A stretch of DNA of 64,000 nucleotides from Candidatus Kapaibacterium sp. (GCA_963665665.1 OY762428.1:3904001-3968000), one strand, 5' to 3'; shown: positions 20,729 through 32,902, counted from the stretch's first letter. Made by a program: numbers and translations. Notes: generated by a model from the sequence alone, not told the origin.

Positions 20729-22309
20729 ATGAGTTTATTTCAAATCATCATAATTCTGTTTTTCATACCAATATTGATACAGGCTGACGAACCCGATATT
20801 CTCTGGGAGTTTGATATAATGGATATGTCTTTCGGAAATGCCTGTGCAGGAGATATTGACGGCGATGGCAAACCGGAGATAGTATTTTCAACTTATTTCA
20901 ATGACGGACATATTTATGCTCTGAATTCGGAAGACGGAAGCCTTCTTTGGAAATATGATGTAAAAGGATGTTCTGATGCTGCCCCCTTACTTATTGATAT
21001 TAACAATGATGATGTTCCTGAAGTAATTCTTCACAGTTCGTCCGTTACATCAATGTTCTGCTTTAATGGCTCGGATGGTGAGCTGATCTGGAAAATAAAC
21101 TCAAGGGCAACGGATTCTCCACCATCAGGAAAGGACATTGACGACGACGGAATCCCTGAGATATTCGACGGGGATTTTGGAGGTTATGTAGCACGCTACG
21201 ATGCCCGCAACGGTGATAAAAAATGGGAAACCCGGATAGAGCGGGGCAGGGTTGTGCAAACAGCCCCTGTTATTGAAGATATAAACGGTGACGGTGATTA
21301 TGACCTTGCGGTTGCAACATATAGTTTTGATTCAACATGTATAATCGCTGCATTAAGAGCTGACAATGGAGAGTTCCTTTGGAAAAGTTCTGAAGTGACG
21401 GAAGCAATATATCATGGTCCCGCTGTTGCTGATGTTGATAACGATGGCGTAAATGAAGTTATTGTTTCTGATTATGGAGCCTGTATATTTTGTTTGAACG
21501 GTAAAGACGGATCGACAAAATGGAAATATAAATTTCCCGGGACATATTATTCGGGCACTCCGGTTACAATAGCTGATATTGATAATGACGGGAAGTATGA
21601 TATTATCTATTTTGCTGATAATAAGCTAATTGTTCTTGACGGAGATGGAAACCTGAAATGGCTTCATGAAATGATTGGCGGTAATTATTCATTTCGCGGG
21701 GCAGTTGCAGCAGATATAAATTCTGATTTATATCCCGATATAATATTTGGAGATAATAATGGCGGTTTGACGGCATTAAGCGGAAACAATGGTGATTTAA
21801 TCTGGTACTATGATTTTCAGAAAATTTACGATTCCCGGTTTGACCTTCTTCACGGTCCAGTTGTATCAGATTTTAACGCTGACGGGAAGTTGGAGATATT
21901 TTTTGTCGGAGGCTGGGCTGAGTATCCTGATATCGAAAATAATTACGGAAGGGCATACATGATTAATGCAGGCACAGGAAATGGCCCGGATTGGACGATG
22001 TTCAGAAGAGATGCCGCCAGAAATGCCGTACTGCCGATAATGGCAACAAGTGTTGGAGAAGATTATTCAGGTGATATTGATGCCAGAATTGTTGAAAATG
22101 CACTAAGGGTAAAATTAAAAAATGCTGATTTGAATTATACCGGAATTGAATTGTTTGATATATGCGGAAAAAAGATTCTCTCAGAAAGAATTAGTCATCC
22201 TAATCCTTTAATAAAATCAATAAAATGTGGAAATTTGCCGGCAGGAGTTTACTTTTTGTCATTATCATCAGGGATTAAAATTATTCGAAAACCAATAATG
22301 AAATTTTAA
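20729..22309 (+). CDS. Secreted FG-GAP/PQQ-like beta-propeller protein with T9SS-like tail
   Basis: Repeated D[IV][DN]xDG..E and GxLxW motifs; C-terminal LPAGVYFL. Confidence 0.85.
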   Translation: MSLFQIIIILFFIPILIQADEPDILWEFDIMDMSFGNACAGDIDGDGKPEIVFSTYFNDGHIYALNSEDGSLLWKYDVKGCSDAAPLLIDINNDDVPEVILHSSSVTSMFCFNGSDGELIWKINSRATDSPPSGKDIDDDGIPEIFDGDFGGYVARYDARNGDKKWETRIERGRVVQTAPVIEDINGDGDYDLAVATYSFDSTCIIAALRADNGEFLWKSSEVTEAIYHGPAVADVDNDGVNEVIVSDYGACIFCLNGKDGSTKWKYKFPGTYYSGTPVTIADIDNDGKYDIIYFADNKLIVLDGDGNLKWLHEMIGGNYSFRGAVAADINSDLYPDIIFGDNNGGLTALSGNNGDLIWYYDFQKIYDSRFDLLHGPVVSDFNADGKLEIFFVGGWAEYPDIENNYGRAYMINAGTGNGPDWTMFRRDAARNAVLPIMATSVGEDYSGDIDARIVENALRVKLKNADLNYTGIELFDICGKKILSERISHPNPLIKSIKCGNLPAGVYFLSLSSGIKIIRKPIMKF

Positions 22310-22399
22310 TATTGATTCTGCAATAACAGTTTAATTAAAGCGTTTGAGGATAAGAAATGATTAATAATTTATTCTTGTTACACTTATTAGGAATTGAAA

Positions 22400-22642
22400 A
22401 TGGGAGAAGCAAAAATTGCCGGTAAAGCTCCGATAGCAAAAGATCTGAAAGCTGGTAAATATTACTGGTGTGCCTGTGGCGAATCAAAAAATCAACCTTT
22501 CTGCGACGGATCTCATAAAGGATCGGATTTTGTACCTCTGGCTTTTGAACTTGAAGAAGATAAACAGGTTTGGCTTTGCAGCTGTAAAAAAACAAATAAC
22601 CCGCCATTCTGTGACGGATCGCATAAAAAAGTAATCGATTAG
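22400..22642 (+). CDS. CDGSH iron-sulfur protein with two CDGSH motifs
   Basis: WCACGESKNQPFCDGSH and LCSCKKTNNPPFCDGSH. Confidence 0.95.
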   Translation: MGEAKIAGKAPIAKDLKAGKYYWCACGESKNQPFCDGSHKGSDFVPLAFELEEDKQVWLCSCKKTNNPPFCDGSHKKVID

Positions 22643-22645
22643 GAT

Positions 22646-22672
22646 AAAGCAGAAATAATTTCTGCTTTTTCC
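22646..22672. terminator. Intrinsic terminator between convergent genes
   Basis: AAAGCAGAAA-taa-TTTCTGCTTTTT. Confidence 0.65.
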
Positions 22673-22778
22673 TTTATCAGAAAACTGTTTGTATGGGCTT
22701 CTTCACAGCTCGTACTATGCTATATTCTGTTTCGTAATCTTATATTGTTTAGCAAAAAAAATACTTTGATAAAGATTA

Positions 22779-23819
22779 TTACAGTTCAAACCTGCATTTT
22801 AATTCCGGTTCGTCGCTCTCGGCTTTAACTTCCTCAAGCTTATCACCAAAACCATTCAGGTAGTCTCTGTAATCATTCAGTATTGTATAGGCTTCGTCGA
22901 ATGTATCGATTCTTACAAGCTGCTGCCTGATCCTGGAAGCGCCATAGAGCCCTTTCAGGTATCCGGTGTAGTGCTTGCGAAATTCAATAAACCCACGGGG
23001 GTATCCGTTATAAATAATATTTAACTGAAGATGTTCCAGGCAACTGTCAATTCTTTCATCAACAGTCAGCGGAGCCGGAAATTCGTCATTATCCAGGAAG
23101 TATCTTATTCTTTTGAATAAAAATGGGTTGCCAACTGCTGCACGGCCTATCATTATGGCATCGCATCCGGTTTCATCAAAAGCTCTCCTGGCATCTTCCG
23201 GAGTTTTTACATCACCGTTAAGTATTATCGGCATTTCTTTTACAGCTTTTTTTACAATGGGTATCCAGGACCAGTCGGCATCGCCTTTGATAGCCATATC
23301 CCTTGTCCGGCAGTGAATGGCCAGGGCTTTGCATCCTGCCTGCTCGAGCATGGGGGCAACTTCATGAATCACTATAGAATTATGATCCCAGCCAAGCCTT
23401 GTTTTAACTGTTACCGGAACGTCAACTGCCTCGGCAATTGTCCTCGTCATTTCCGCCATCAGGTCGGGATATTTCAGCATAGCTGCGCCGGCATTGCTGT
23501 TTACAACTTTTTTAACCCAGCAGCCCATATTTATATCAATAATATCTGCTCCTCCGTCCTCAATAATTTTTGCTGATTCCACGAGGGAATCTATATTCGG
23601 GCCGAACATCTGAATTGCAACCGGACGTTCCAGTTCGGAAATATCCATTTTTCTTTTCGAGGGGCGGGCATTTCGGATTAGCGCCTCGGATGCTATGAAT
23701 TCCGAATAAACAATATCTGCTCCCATGTCCCTGCATATTATCCTGAATGGCAGGTCTGTTATTCCTTCCATCGGGGCCAGCAGCAGCCCCTTGTCAACTT
23801 CAACTTTTCCGATTTTCAT
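22779..23819 (-). CDS. dusB: tRNA-dihydrouridine synthase B
   Basis: LAPMEGITDLPFR, IDINMGC, VTVKTRLGW, NGDV, IMIGRAAVGNP. Confidence 0.93.
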   Translation of the reverse strand: MKIGKVEVDKGLLLAPMEGITDLPFRIICRDMGADIVYSEFIASEALIRNARPSKRKMDISELERPVAIQMFGPNIDSLVESAKIIEDGGADIIDINMGCWVKKVVNSNAGAAMLKYPDLMAEMTRTIAEAVDVPVTVKTRLGWDHNSIVIHEVAPMLEQAGCKALAIHCRTRDMAIKGDADWSWIPIVKKAVKEMPIILNGDVKTPEDARRAFDETGCDAIMIGRAAVGNPFLFKRIRYFLDNDEFPAPLTVDERIDSCLEHLQLNIIYNGYPRGFIEFRKHYTGYLKGLYGASRIRQQLVRIDTFDEAYTILNDYRDYLNGFGDKLEEVKAESDEPELKCRFEL

Positions 23820-24197
23820 CTATAATGTCCGAATTTATTTCATTCAAATTAAATAATCTTACAAAATTAATTATTTTTGGCAGAATATAACACGTAAATT
23901 TAAAGCCTGCCTGTTTTTAGCATAACCTGACATCCTTTAGATTAATTTTATGCCCGAAATCGGAATTATTTTTATTTCCGGACTAAACCATTTTATTAGT
24001 TAGAAATCCAACTAATATAATTATTGGATGATTAATAACAGGAAATCGAATACTAATACAAGGCATTTATTCTCTATTTACCGCCCAAAATTTGAAATCT
24101 CGCTAAACTGTATTAATTTGCGAAGTTATAATTCAATGAAAATTGAAATGATAAAAAATAATTTGAAAATCAGGTTTTAATATAATAAGAGTTTGAA

Positions 24198-25409
24198 ATG
24201 TTTCCTTCTTTGAATGAACAGATGGACCTTATCAGGTCCGGCGCTATCGAGGTTTTACCGGAAGAAGAACTGGTAAAAAAAATTGAAAAATCGATAAAAA
24301 AGAATAAACCAATGAATATCAAGCTTGGGTGCGACCCAAGCAAACCCGACCTGCATATAGGCCATGCCGTGGTGCTGAATAAGCTGCGGCACTTCCAGGA
24401 CCTCGGCCACAAGGCCATACTGATTGTTGGCGATTTTACCGCAATGATCGGCGACCCATCAGGTAAGTCCAAAACCAGGCCACAACTTACAATGGAAGAA
24501 ACCCGCGTAAATGGCCAATCCTACCTTGATCAGGCTACGATGATCCTTGCAGAGGAAAATATGGAGGTGCGCTATAATTCGGAGTGGCTTGGCAAAATGA
24601 ACTTCACAGACGTAATAAATCTTGCATCGAAATATACCGTGGCCCAGCTGCTGGAAAGAGACGATTTCGACAAAAGGTATAAATCCGGTCTGCCGATCAG
24701 CATGCACGAACTGCTTTATCCCCTTGCCCAGGCCATGGATTCGGCAGCAATTAAATCCGATGTGGAGCTTGGCGGAACAGACCAGAAATTCAATCTTATC
24801 GTTGGCCGTGAAATTCAGAAATCAGACGGGCAGGAACCTCAGTGCATTGTAACGCTGCCGATACTGGAAGGCACAGACGGCGTTGAAAAAATGAGTAAAT
24901 CGCTAAATAACTATATTGCATTGACTGACGTGCCGAGGGAAATTTTCGGCAAGGTAATGTCTATTCCTGATAACCTGATCACCAGGTATTTCCGTTATGC
25001 AGCCTGGGCCGCGGAAGATGAAATAGTAAAAATGGAAAACGGCCTGAAGGACGGAAGCGTTCACCCGCGTAATGCCAAAGTTGAAACAGCCATCCGAATT
25101 GTGGCCAAGTATCATGACGAACAGGCCGGAAAAGACGCACTTGAAGAATTTGAAAGGATGTTCAAAAACAAAGGGCTGCCGGACGATATACCCGAAATGA
25201 CTTTTGATGAGAAAGAAATGCCGATAATGGATATTATGGTGCAGGCAAAAATGGCTCCATCCAAGAAACAGGCAAGGGCTTTTATCGAGCAGAACGCAGT
25301 TTCCGTTGATGGCGAGAAAGTCTCTGACTTATTCGAAAAAATTGATATAAGTAGTGAAAGGCTGATAAAAGTCGGAAAAAGGAAATTCATGAAGGTTAAA
25401 GCTAAATAA
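24198..25409 (+). CDS. tyrS: Tyrosine--tRNA ligase
   Basis: HIGH and KMSKS motifs, GGTDQKFN, S4-like tail KVGKRKF. Confidence 0.98.
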   Translation: MFPSLNEQMDLIRSGAIEVLPEEELVKKIEKSIKKNKPMNIKLGCDPSKPDLHIGHAVVLNKLRHFQDLGHKAILIVGDFTAMIGDPSGKSKTRPQLTMEETRVNGQSYLDQATMILAEENMEVRYNSEWLGKMNFTDVINLASKYTVAQLLERDDFDKRYKSGLPISMHELLYPLAQAMDSAAIKSDVELGGTDQKFNLIVGREIQKSDGQEPQCIVTLPILEGTDGVEKMSKSLNNYIALTDVPREIFGKVMSIPDNLITRYFRYAAWAAEDEIVKMENGLKDGSVHPRNAKVETAIRIVAKYHDEQAGKDALEEFERMFKNKGLPDDIPEMTFDEKEMPIMDIMVQAKMAPSKKQARAFIEQNAVSVDGEKVSDLFEKIDISSERLIKVGKRKFMKVKAK

Positions 25410-25488
25410 GACCTGGTATAATTACCGTGATATTACTATATTAATTCAGCATGAACAAGTGAAATCCGGCAATGAGATGTTAAATTGT

Positions 25489-25516
25489 ACAACCTCAGGG
25501 TTAACCCTGAGGTTGT
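25489..25516. terminator. Perfect 28-bp palindrome, bidirectional terminator
   Basis: ACAACCTCAGGGTTAACCCTGAGGTTGT between convergent tyrS and the Omp28-like gene. Confidence 0.8.
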
Positions 25517-25535
25517 TTGTAAATAGATAAATCAA

Positions 25536-27656
25536 TCACTTAGAAACAACAAACGGAATCGTTTTGATAAGCTTCCCGCCTGAATAAATCGCAGCGTAAT
25601 AAACTCCGGAAGAAAGTCCGCTTGTTGAAATATTTATTCCCGAACCTGACAGCGTGTGTCGGGTATTTACAGATTTTCCGGTCATATCCTGAATAACTAC
25701 ATTGCCAACATCCAATCCGTTAAAATCAATCATTACATTTTCTTTTGCAGGGTTTGGATATGAGAATAATTGCGCTATTTCCTTCTCGTATTCCACTCCG
25801 GTTATTTTTCCGTGGAACCAGTCGTCGGTGCGCCTGATAACCCAACTTCTGACGTCTTCGTCCTGAATCATTTCCAGGCTGATGCCGAAATAAACAATTT
25901 TATAAACATCGTTCTGTAATCTTATACCGCCGACTTTACTGTCGTCGTTATTATAATAGAACAGAGGGCGGGCGCTTCCGAGCGGAGTAATGACATCAGG
26001 ATACATGTATGGATTGCCACTGTTGTCGGTTCCGTATTTATTTTCCAGCATTGAAGAGCTTAGCGAGCCCATCAGAGTTTCGCCATCAATAAAACTGATA
26101 GAACTGTTGGCAGTACTTCCGTCGTCAACAAAATCAAGCCTGAGGTAATCTTTCATGAATTGCTGTGTAACGAGTGTTCCGTTGCCTCTTTCAAGGTCGA
26201 AATTATCCCAGGCAAAATCCTGTCCGGAAAGGAATATATTGCCGCCTCTATCCAGGAACTTCTTAAAATTATCAACTGTCTGTTCAGTCAGGGAAGGGAA
26301 AGTCCACCCTACATTGTAGTAGATATTTTCGATATTGGCATCGATCTCTGCATTTACAATATCAGTATAATCGCCAAGCATCATGCTGCAAAATGCAGGA
26401 TTTGAATTTGCCTCAAGCCCGTTCAGGTAATCATCCTGGTAATAGGATGCGTCGTTATCTGAATTATCTCCCCAGCCAACATCATTGTTAATAACAACAT
26501 CTTTAACTCCCGAGAGCATCAATATTTTACTGCTGATGCGCGTGGGGGCTTCGGGATTATCAATTGATTTTACAATTACATAATATTTACCAAGGCCGGG
26601 AACATCACCCGGATCAACCGTTAATCCAAATTCGGCAGCCATGTTTTGTGAAACGTTGATATTAACTTCCTGTCCGCTCTCATTGGCGGTAAGCAAGTTC
26701 GCTGACCATCCTTCCGGCTGATCGGATACAAGAGAAAGTGTAAATGAGTTACCTTCAATTTTTGATTCAAATAAAAGGTCGAAATTTGTCAATTCCGGAA
26801 CTGATTGGTATAAGTTTCTTGTGCCGCTGATATCAACTTTACCAATATATAAAGTTGTTCCTCCGTCAGCTTTGATGTTAACGCCGGTATAGATATTCTT
26901 AGTATTTTCCACTGCATAAACGGCAATATCGCAGTTATCCGCATTCCATTCTTCCTGAAGAGTGTACTCGTAGGTTTTCTCAACGAATGAACCCTGCTGA
27001 AGATCTGAAAATGTTTCGCCCCACTGTCCGGTAATAAAATCCCTGAGCATGTGCATGTGTGCATAATTTGTTGGTATCGGGGCTCCAGACTGCGGCCCGA
27101 CAACGTTGTTTTCAAGAACTGCAATATTCAGGTTCAGCGCATCGTTGCTTAGTTCGCCGGTAACATATAATTCAATGTTTATTGTAAGTTTCCTTGTTTC
27201 AGGATCGAAAGTTGATTCTGCTCCGACATTTACGGGTGAATCCTCAGGGAAAACAATTTTTGCCGCGGCCTCCCACTGGCCCCTGTTTAGTGAAAGTTCG
27301 CCTTCTGCTGTCAGCCCGGAGAACTCTCTTCGGTTTACCGTACCGGCAGGATAACCTGATACTTTTGCCTGGTTGGCAAGGGCATTGCCCCATTCAGTGC
27401 GATAATCCGGCTCACCGGAACCCGGAGCTGCAAAAGATCCCTGGTGAATATTAAGAAGAACAACCTGGCCGGGATATTTATCATGAAGTGCTTTAGCCAG
27501 TTTATGGCCTTCGGGACACCAGCCGCAGTGGATTCCCGTATATTCCTCGAGAACTACATTTTTCTTTTCCACAGAAGTGGGAACTAATCTCTGGGCTGCT
27601 GCAAAACTGCTGAATACAACAAATAAAATGATAAAAATTGATATTGTTTTTTTCAT
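25536..27656 (-). CDS. Omp28-related thioredoxin-like secreted protein with T9SS sorting domain
   Basis: VVLEEYTGIHCGWCP, GYPAGTVNR, HMHMLRD; C-terminal YPNPA...SGVYY. Confidence 0.88.
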   Translation of the reverse strand: MKKTISIFIILFVVFSSFAAAQRLVPTSVEKKNVVLEEYTGIHCGWCPEGHKLAKALHDKYPGQVVLLNIHQGSFAAPGSGEPDYRTEWGNALANQAKVSGYPAGTVNRREFSGLTAEGELSLNRGQWEAAAKIVFPEDSPVNVGAESTFDPETRKLTINIELYVTGELSNDALNLNIAVLENNVVGPQSGAPIPTNYAHMHMLRDFITGQWGETFSDLQQGSFVEKTYEYTLQEEWNADNCDIAVYAVENTKNIYTGVNIKADGGTTLYIGKVDISGTRNLYQSVPELTNFDLLFESKIEGNSFTLSLVSDQPEGWSANLLTANESGQEVNINVSQNMAAEFGLTVDPGDVPGLGKYYVIVKSIDNPEAPTRISSKILMLSGVKDVVINNDVGWGDNSDNDASYYQDDYLNGLEANSNPAFCSMMLGDYTDIVNAEIDANIENIYYNVGWTFPSLTEQTVDNFKKFLDRGGNIFLSGQDFAWDNFDLERGNGTLVTQQFMKDYLRLDFVDDGSTANSSISFIDGETLMGSLSSSMLENKYGTDNSGNPYMYPDVITPLGSARPLFYYNNDDSKVGGIRLQNDVYKIVYFGISLEMIQDEDVRSWVIRRTDDWFHGKITGVEYEKEIAQLFSYPNPAKENVMIDFNGLDVGNVVIQDMTGKSVNTRHTLSGSGINISTSGLSSGVYYAAIYSGGKLIKTIPFVVSK

Positions 27657-27791
27657 CGGGCACCTTTATTAAATTTCGAAACATTCTTTCCTAAACTTTA
27701 AATATTAAGATAATAATTATATAATAAATTTGTAAGCAAAAAATCATATATGTATTTTCGAAAGTTGTTATTAATTACTTCTGTAAAAGTT

Positions 27792-28562
27792 ATGGATATT
27801 TTCGATAAAGCAATAAATTATTTACAAAGAGTCAGTGAATTGGAAGGGGACTTCCTGTTTCTTGACAGTATTCCCGACCTGACTCCTGAAGAAAAAGATA
27901 TTGATTCACCAAAATTAAAGTCTTATACTCCTGATTCTGAAAAATTCCAATTAAAAAATGAACAGGTTAAGACTGAAAAGGTTACAGCCGAATGGCAAAA
28001 AGCTTCATCACTTCAGGAATTATACAATCAGATTCACGAATGCAGGAACTGTCCGCTTGGGAATACCAGGACGAAATTTGTTTTCGGTGCCGGAAGTCCC
28101 AATGCCGATATTATGATTATTGGCGAAGCCCCCGGAAGGGATGAAGATATGCAGGGTATTCCATTTATTGGACGGGCTGGTCAGTTGCTGACAAAGATAC
28201 TTGCAGCAATAAATCTCAGCCGGGAAGAAGTTTTTATTGGCAATATCATTAAATGCCGTCCGCCGAATAACCGACGCCCCCAGGAAAATGAAGTTGCTGA
28301 ATGCGAACCCTACCTGATGAAGCAGATTGAGCTTATAAATCCAAAATTTATCCTGGCATTGGGGCTTACTGCCGTAGATACATTATTGAAAAAGAAACAC
28401 CGTATGGCGGATATCCGTGGTGAATTCATGGATTACCACGGCAGACAGATGATGGTTACTTACCATCCTGCTGCCCTGCTCAGGAATAATAACCTGAAAC
28501 GTCCGGTATGGGAGGACGTGAAGAAATTAAGAAGACATTACGATGAGTTTCTGAAAGAATAA
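27792..28562 (+). CDS. Uracil-DNA glycosylase family 4 (Fe-S)
   Basis: [34 protein letters not shown]. Confidence 0.94.
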   Translation: MDIFDKAINYLQRVSELEGDFLFLDSIPDLTPEEKDIDSPKLKSYTPDSEKFQLKNEQVKTEKVTAEWQKASSLQELYNQIHECRNCPLGNTRTKFVFGAGSPNADIMIIGEAPGRDEDMQGIPFIGRAGQLLTKILAAINLSREEVFIGNIIKCRPPNNRRPQENEVAECEPYLMKQIELINPKFILALGLTAVDTLLKKKHRMADIRGEFMDYHGRQMMVTYHPAALLRNNNLKRPVWEDVKKLRRHYDEFLKE

Positions 28563-28593
28563 GTTGATAGGGGTTGTCTTAAACCTGGAAACC

Positions 28594-28620
28594 TGTCATT
28601 CGGAGCGCAGAGAAGAATCC
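28594..28620. repeat. Half copy of the MITE-like repeat family seen at 15312-15371
   Basis: TGTCATTCGGAGCGCAGAGAAGAATCC resembles the TCTGAACGCCGTGAAGAATTC arm. Confidence 0.45.
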
Positions 28621-28748
28621 AGCATTAATTCAAATTTTTGATTCTTTATATAAAATTTTTAGAGAAATGAATTATTCAGTTTTAAAAGTCCATCGGAATG
28701 AAAACAACAACGATGATTTGATCAAATTATAAATATATTGGAAAGATT

Positions 28749-29783
28749 ATGAAAATAGCAGTAGTATTTGGCGGTATTTCACCGGAAAGAAATGTATCAA
28801 TTTCCGGCGGCCTGGCCGTTATTAAAGCATTAAAAAGCCTCGGGCATGAAGTTGTAGCAATTGATCCGGCCTATGGGAAATACTGCCTGAGAAATATTGA
28901 AGATATTGAACCGAGAACCGGCTACCCATCCAAAGAGGAACTTGCAGAATTCCCGCCCCGCAACCTGATCGACGCTGTTAATTCAGATGCATTTGACGGC
29001 GTTGAGCTTGCATTCCTGGTACTTCACGGCCAATACGGCGAAGACGGAAAAATTCAGGCATTGCTTGACCTGAGGGGTATCCCTTATACGGGATCCAATG
29101 TTAAAGCAAGTTCGCTTGCTATTGACAAAATTTCTTCGAAAATGATATTCATGGCAGCCGGTATACCTACCCCGGAATGGATTGTAATTACAAAAGATCA
29201 TATTGATAATTACGATGCCTATGAAGAAATTCGCGAGCAGCTTGGCAACCATATCGTTATAAAGCCAAACGACCAGGGGTCGACAATAGGTATTTCGATT
29301 GTAAAAGGCGGAAACCTGGATGATATAGGCGATGCTATCAAGGAAGCTTTTAAATACTCCGATAAAGTGCTGGTAGAAAAATTTATTGAGGGCCGGGAAC
29401 TTACCGTTGGTGTTATAGGCGACGAAGCACTTCCGGTAATTGAGATTGCACCTCAGGACGGATTCTACGATTACGAGCATAAATATCAGAAGGGTATGAC
29501 GGAGTATATCTGCCCGGCTGATATTTCTCATGATATTGCAGATTTTACTATGAACTCAGGTTATACTGCTTTCAGGGCTTTGGGATGTTCCGGTTTTGGA
29601 AGAACTGATTTCAGGCTGGATAATGACGGAATGATTTATTGCCTGGAAGTAAACACAATTCCGGGATTCACGGAAACAAGCCTTGTGCCGATGGCAGCAG
29701 CGGAAGTTGAAATAGAGTTCCCCGAGCTATGTGAAAGAATAATAAATATTGCATTAAATATTGAACAGGAAGAAGATGAATAA
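28749..29783 (+). CDS. ddl: D-alanine--D-alanine ligase
   Basis: GGISPERNVS, LHGQYGEDG, GSTIG, FYDYEHKY, LEVNTIPG. Confidence 0.96.
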   Translation: MKIAVVFGGISPERNVSISGGLAVIKALKSLGHEVVAIDPAYGKYCLRNIEDIEPRTGYPSKEELAEFPPRNLIDAVNSDAFDGVELAFLVLHGQYGEDGKIQALLDLRGIPYTGSNVKASSLAIDKISSKMIFMAAGIPTPEWIVITKDHIDNYDAYEEIREQLGNHIVIKPNDQGSTIGISIVKGGNLDDIGDAIKEAFKYSDKVLVEKFIEGRELTVGVIGDEALPVIEIAPQDGFYDYEHKYQKGMTEYICPADISHDIADFTMNSGYTAFRALGCSGFGRTDFRLDNDGMIYCLEVNTIPGFTETSLVPMAAAEVEIEFPELCERIINIALNIEQEEDE

Positions 29784-30759
29784 AAATATTGAGCTGACAG
29801 CTTTTGGAAATGCTTTAGTTGACTTACAGTTTAAAGTGGATGACGCGTTGTTCGATACCCTGAATACAAAAAGAGGGATAATGGAACTTACTGATGCCGG
29901 AGTTCAAAAGGATTTACTTGCAAAACTTTCGGAATGTAACTTCAATCGTTGCAGCGGGGGTTCTGCGGCAAACAGCGTTATTGCGTTCAGCAAATTCGGT
30001 GGCACGGCAGCCTACAAATCCGTTATTGGTAATGACGAGATGGGCGCTTTTTACGAGAATGAATTCAAAGAACTGGGAATTGAACTTGTAGCCCCTAAAC
30101 TTGATACCGATCCGACAGGAACATGCGTGGTTGTAATAACCCCCGACGCGGAACGTACAATGTTCACATGCCTTGGAGCGAGCGGTAAATTCAAAAAAGA
30201 ATATCTAAACGAGGAAATTATTGCCCGCTCACAGTGGCTCTACCTGGAAGGATACGAACTCTTTTCTCCGAACGGCAGCGAAGCAACACTGGAAGCTGCC
30301 ATGATGGCCAAGGATAACAATACAAAAATAGCTTTCACATTTTCCGATCTCTCGGTTATAAATTTCTGTGGTGATAAACTTGATAAAATCGCAGGTATGT
30401 CCGACCTGATATTCTGCAATGAATCCGAGGCTATGGAATTCAGTAAGAAAGATAATTTCGATGCTGCCTATAAATATATTGCCAATGAATTTCCGAATGC
30501 AGCAGTTACCATGGGCGCAAAAGGCTCGGTAGTGAAATGGGACGGCAAAGATTATGAAATCCCTTCATTCCCCGTAAAACCCGTTGATACTACCGGTGCG
30601 GGTGATATGTTCGCGGGAGCTTTCTTCTATGGTATTATCAAATCAGGTGATGCTATTAAAGCCGGCAAACTTGCCTCGATGGCTTCATCGCGAGTTGTAG
30701 CTCAGCTGGGTGCCCGCCTTGCCGAGGACCATAAGGAACTTGCGAAGCAGGTATTATAA
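29776..30759 (+). CDS. PfkB-family kinase (adenosine kinase-like)
   Basis: GNALVD, SGGSAAN, ERTM, DTTGAGDMFAG; ATG overlaps ddl end. Confidence 0.9.
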   Translation: MNKNIELTAFGNALVDLQFKVDDALFDTLNTKRGIMELTDAGVQKDLLAKLSECNFNRCSGGSAANSVIAFSKFGGTAAYKSVIGNDEMGAFYENEFKELGIELVAPKLDTDPTGTCVVVITPDAERTMFTCLGASGKFKKEYLNEEIIARSQWLYLEGYELFSPNGSEATLEAAMMAKDNNTKIAFTFSDLSVINFCGDKLDKIAGMSDLIFCNESEAMEFSKKDNFDAAYKYIANEFPNAAVTMGAKGSVVKWDGKDYEIPSFPVKPVDTTGAGDMFAGAFFYGIIKSGDAIKAGKLASMASSRVVAQLGARLAEDHKELAKQVL

Positions 30760-30784
30760 TTTATATCAATTCATCCGGTGGCTA

Positions 30785-32902
30785 TTAGTCATCGGATGGA
30801 TCATATCTTTCATCTTGTCCCAGCATATCTTTCAATTCATCCGGATTTGTTACAGGTTTGTTGCAGGTATAGTTCCTGCAAAGATATGCCGCCGGTTGTC
30901 CGTTTATCGGCAGTTGAGATGCAGTGAACGGAGCTATAGAACTGATTTCGCTGTTAACTCCTTCAGGCCTGTGAATTATCACCATGTTTGGATTATATAA
31001 ATCCTTTGCTGTTTCCAGAAGTTTAATTGTTGCAGGATTATCAATATTGCCGGAAATCACAAGTTCTGATGAATTGTTGCCCAGCATTTCCAATCCGCTG
31101 AGGAAAAATGTGTAACCCGAGGGGAAACTGCTGACTTTATGGCCAAATGCCCTGGCCTGTTTTCCGGCATACTCTCTGAATATTTTATTGGCCGTTATCT
31201 TGGATAATTGGGACAGAACCAACATCATAACTGAATTGCCGGATGGAATTGCTCCGTCGTAAAGTTCTTTTTTTCGTGCTATCAGGTCTTCTGCTTCGGC
31301 AGTAGCAGAGAAAAAACCACCATTATCTTCATCGAAGAAATTTGCAATTACGTTTTCAACTAATCCGATAGCAATTTTTAAATACCTGACTTCAAATGTT
31401 GACATGTAAAGTTCAATCAGGCCCCAGGATAGAAAAGCATAATCACTGATCATGCCCCTTATTCCGGCATCTCCATCGCGGTATCTGTGGAGTAGTTCAA
31501 ATTTACCGGCAGTTTTCTGCATCATTCTATTTATAATAAATTCAGCAGCGGATATGGCTTCACGGGTGAATGTTTCATCTTTGAATATATTTCCTGCTTT
31601 TGCCAGTGCAGCGATAGCTAATCCGTTCCAATCTGTAAGAATTTTATCATCGAGTAGCGGCCTGACGCGTTCTTTCCGGATATTGAAAAGTTTTACCCGA
31701 AAATCTTCAAGTTCTTTTTTAAAATTGTTTCTGTCGGTAAGTTCCTTATCTGCAAATTCTTCCGGCAGGAAATCTGAATGAAGAATATTTTTCCCGGTCT
31801 GATGTCCGGTGGATTCATCCGAGAAATTCCCGTCATTTCTGATATTATAGAATTTCAGAATTTTTTCATACGAAAGTCCGGCCTTTTCAAGTTCTTTCTT
31901 ATCCCAAACGTAAAATTTACCTTCGACTCCTTCGCTGTCAGCATCTTCGGCTGAATAGAACGCGCCCTCCGGTGATTTCAGATCTCTTTTAAGGTATTCC
32001 AGTATTTCCAGGGCGATATTTTTATAATAGTCTTTTTTACTTATCTGGTAAGCTTCGGAAAGTACATTCAGCATCATTGCCTGATCGTAGAGCATTTTCT
32101 CGAAATGTGGCAGCAGCCACCTGCTGTCGGTTGAATACCTGTGAAAACCGAATCCAACCTGGTCGAAAATACCACCCTTGCGCATTTCAAGTAATGTTTT
32201 TTCAACCATTTCAAGGGCTTTTTCATCATTATGCTTTTTAAAATATCTCATTAGAAACAGCATATTATGCGGAATGGGAAACTTGGGTGCACTGCCAAAT
32301 CCACCTTTATATTTATCATAGCTGGTGCTCAATTCGTTGAAGCATTGCACGAAATGCTGATCCTCCACCACAGGGCCATCCATTGTTGTTATACTTCCCT
32401 GTAGTGAATTGGCAATATCATCGGATGATTTCCTGACATCATCCCGCCTTGTGTTCCATACTTCCATCACCTTGGGAATTAATTCAGTAAGGCCTGTTCG
32501 TCCGTGAACGCTGTTTTTGGGGAAGTATGTACCTGCAAAGAAAGGCTTGCGGTCTGGAGTCAGCAAAACAGTTAACGGCCATCCGCCGCCGCCTGTCATC
32601 ATCTGGCAAACAGTCATGTAAATTTCATCAATATCCGGGCGTTCCTCACGGTCAACCTTTATACAAATAAAATTATCATTGAGCAGTTTTGCAACCTGTT
32701 CATCCTCGAAAGATTCATGTTCCATAACGTGACACCAATGGCAGGTTGCATATCCTATTGACAGAAAAACCGGTTTATCCTTTTCTTCAGCCATTTTAAA
32801 AGCAGCTTTGCCCCAGGGCTGCCAGTTTACCGGATTGTGTGCATGCTGTAATAAATACGGACTTTTTTCATTTATCAGACTATTAGTATATTTTTCTTTC
32901 AT
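30785..32902 (-). CDS. YyaL/DUF255 thioredoxin-domain protein with six-hairpin glycosidase-like domain
   Basis: [51 protein letters not shown]. Confidence 0.95.
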   Translation of the reverse strand: MKEKYTNSLINEKSPYLLQHAHNPVNWQPWGKAAFKMAEEKDKPVFLSIGYATCHWCHVMEHESFEDEQVAKLLNDNFICIKVDREERPDIDEIYMTVCQMMTGGGGWPLTVLLTPDRKPFFAGTYFPKNSVHGRTGLTELIPKVMEVWNTRRDDVRKSSDDIANSLQGSITTMDGPVVEDQHFVQCFNELSTSYDKYKGGFGSAPKFPIPHNMLFLMRYFKKHNDEKALEMVEKTLLEMRKGGIFDQVGFGFHRYSTDSRWLLPHFEKMLYDQAMMLNVLSEAYQISKKDYYKNIALEILEYLKRDLKSPEGAFYSAEDADSEGVEGKFYVWDKKELEKAGLSYEKILKFYNIRNDGNFSDESTGHQTGKNILHSDFLPEEFADKELTDRNNFKKELEDFRVKLFNIRKERVRPLLDDKILTDWNGLAIAALAKAGNIFKDETFTREAISAAEFIINRMMQKTAGKFELLHRYRDGDAGIRGMISDYAFLSWGLIELYMSTFEVRYLKIAIGLVENVIANFFDEDNGGFFSATAEAEDLIARKKELYDGAIPSGNSVMMLVLSQLSKITANKIFREYAGKQARAFGHKVSSFPSGYTFFLSGLEMLGNNSSELVISGNIDNPATIKLLETAKDLYNPNMVIIHRPEGVNSEISSIAPFTASQLPINGQPAAYLCRNYTCNKPVTNPDELKDMLGQDERYDPSDD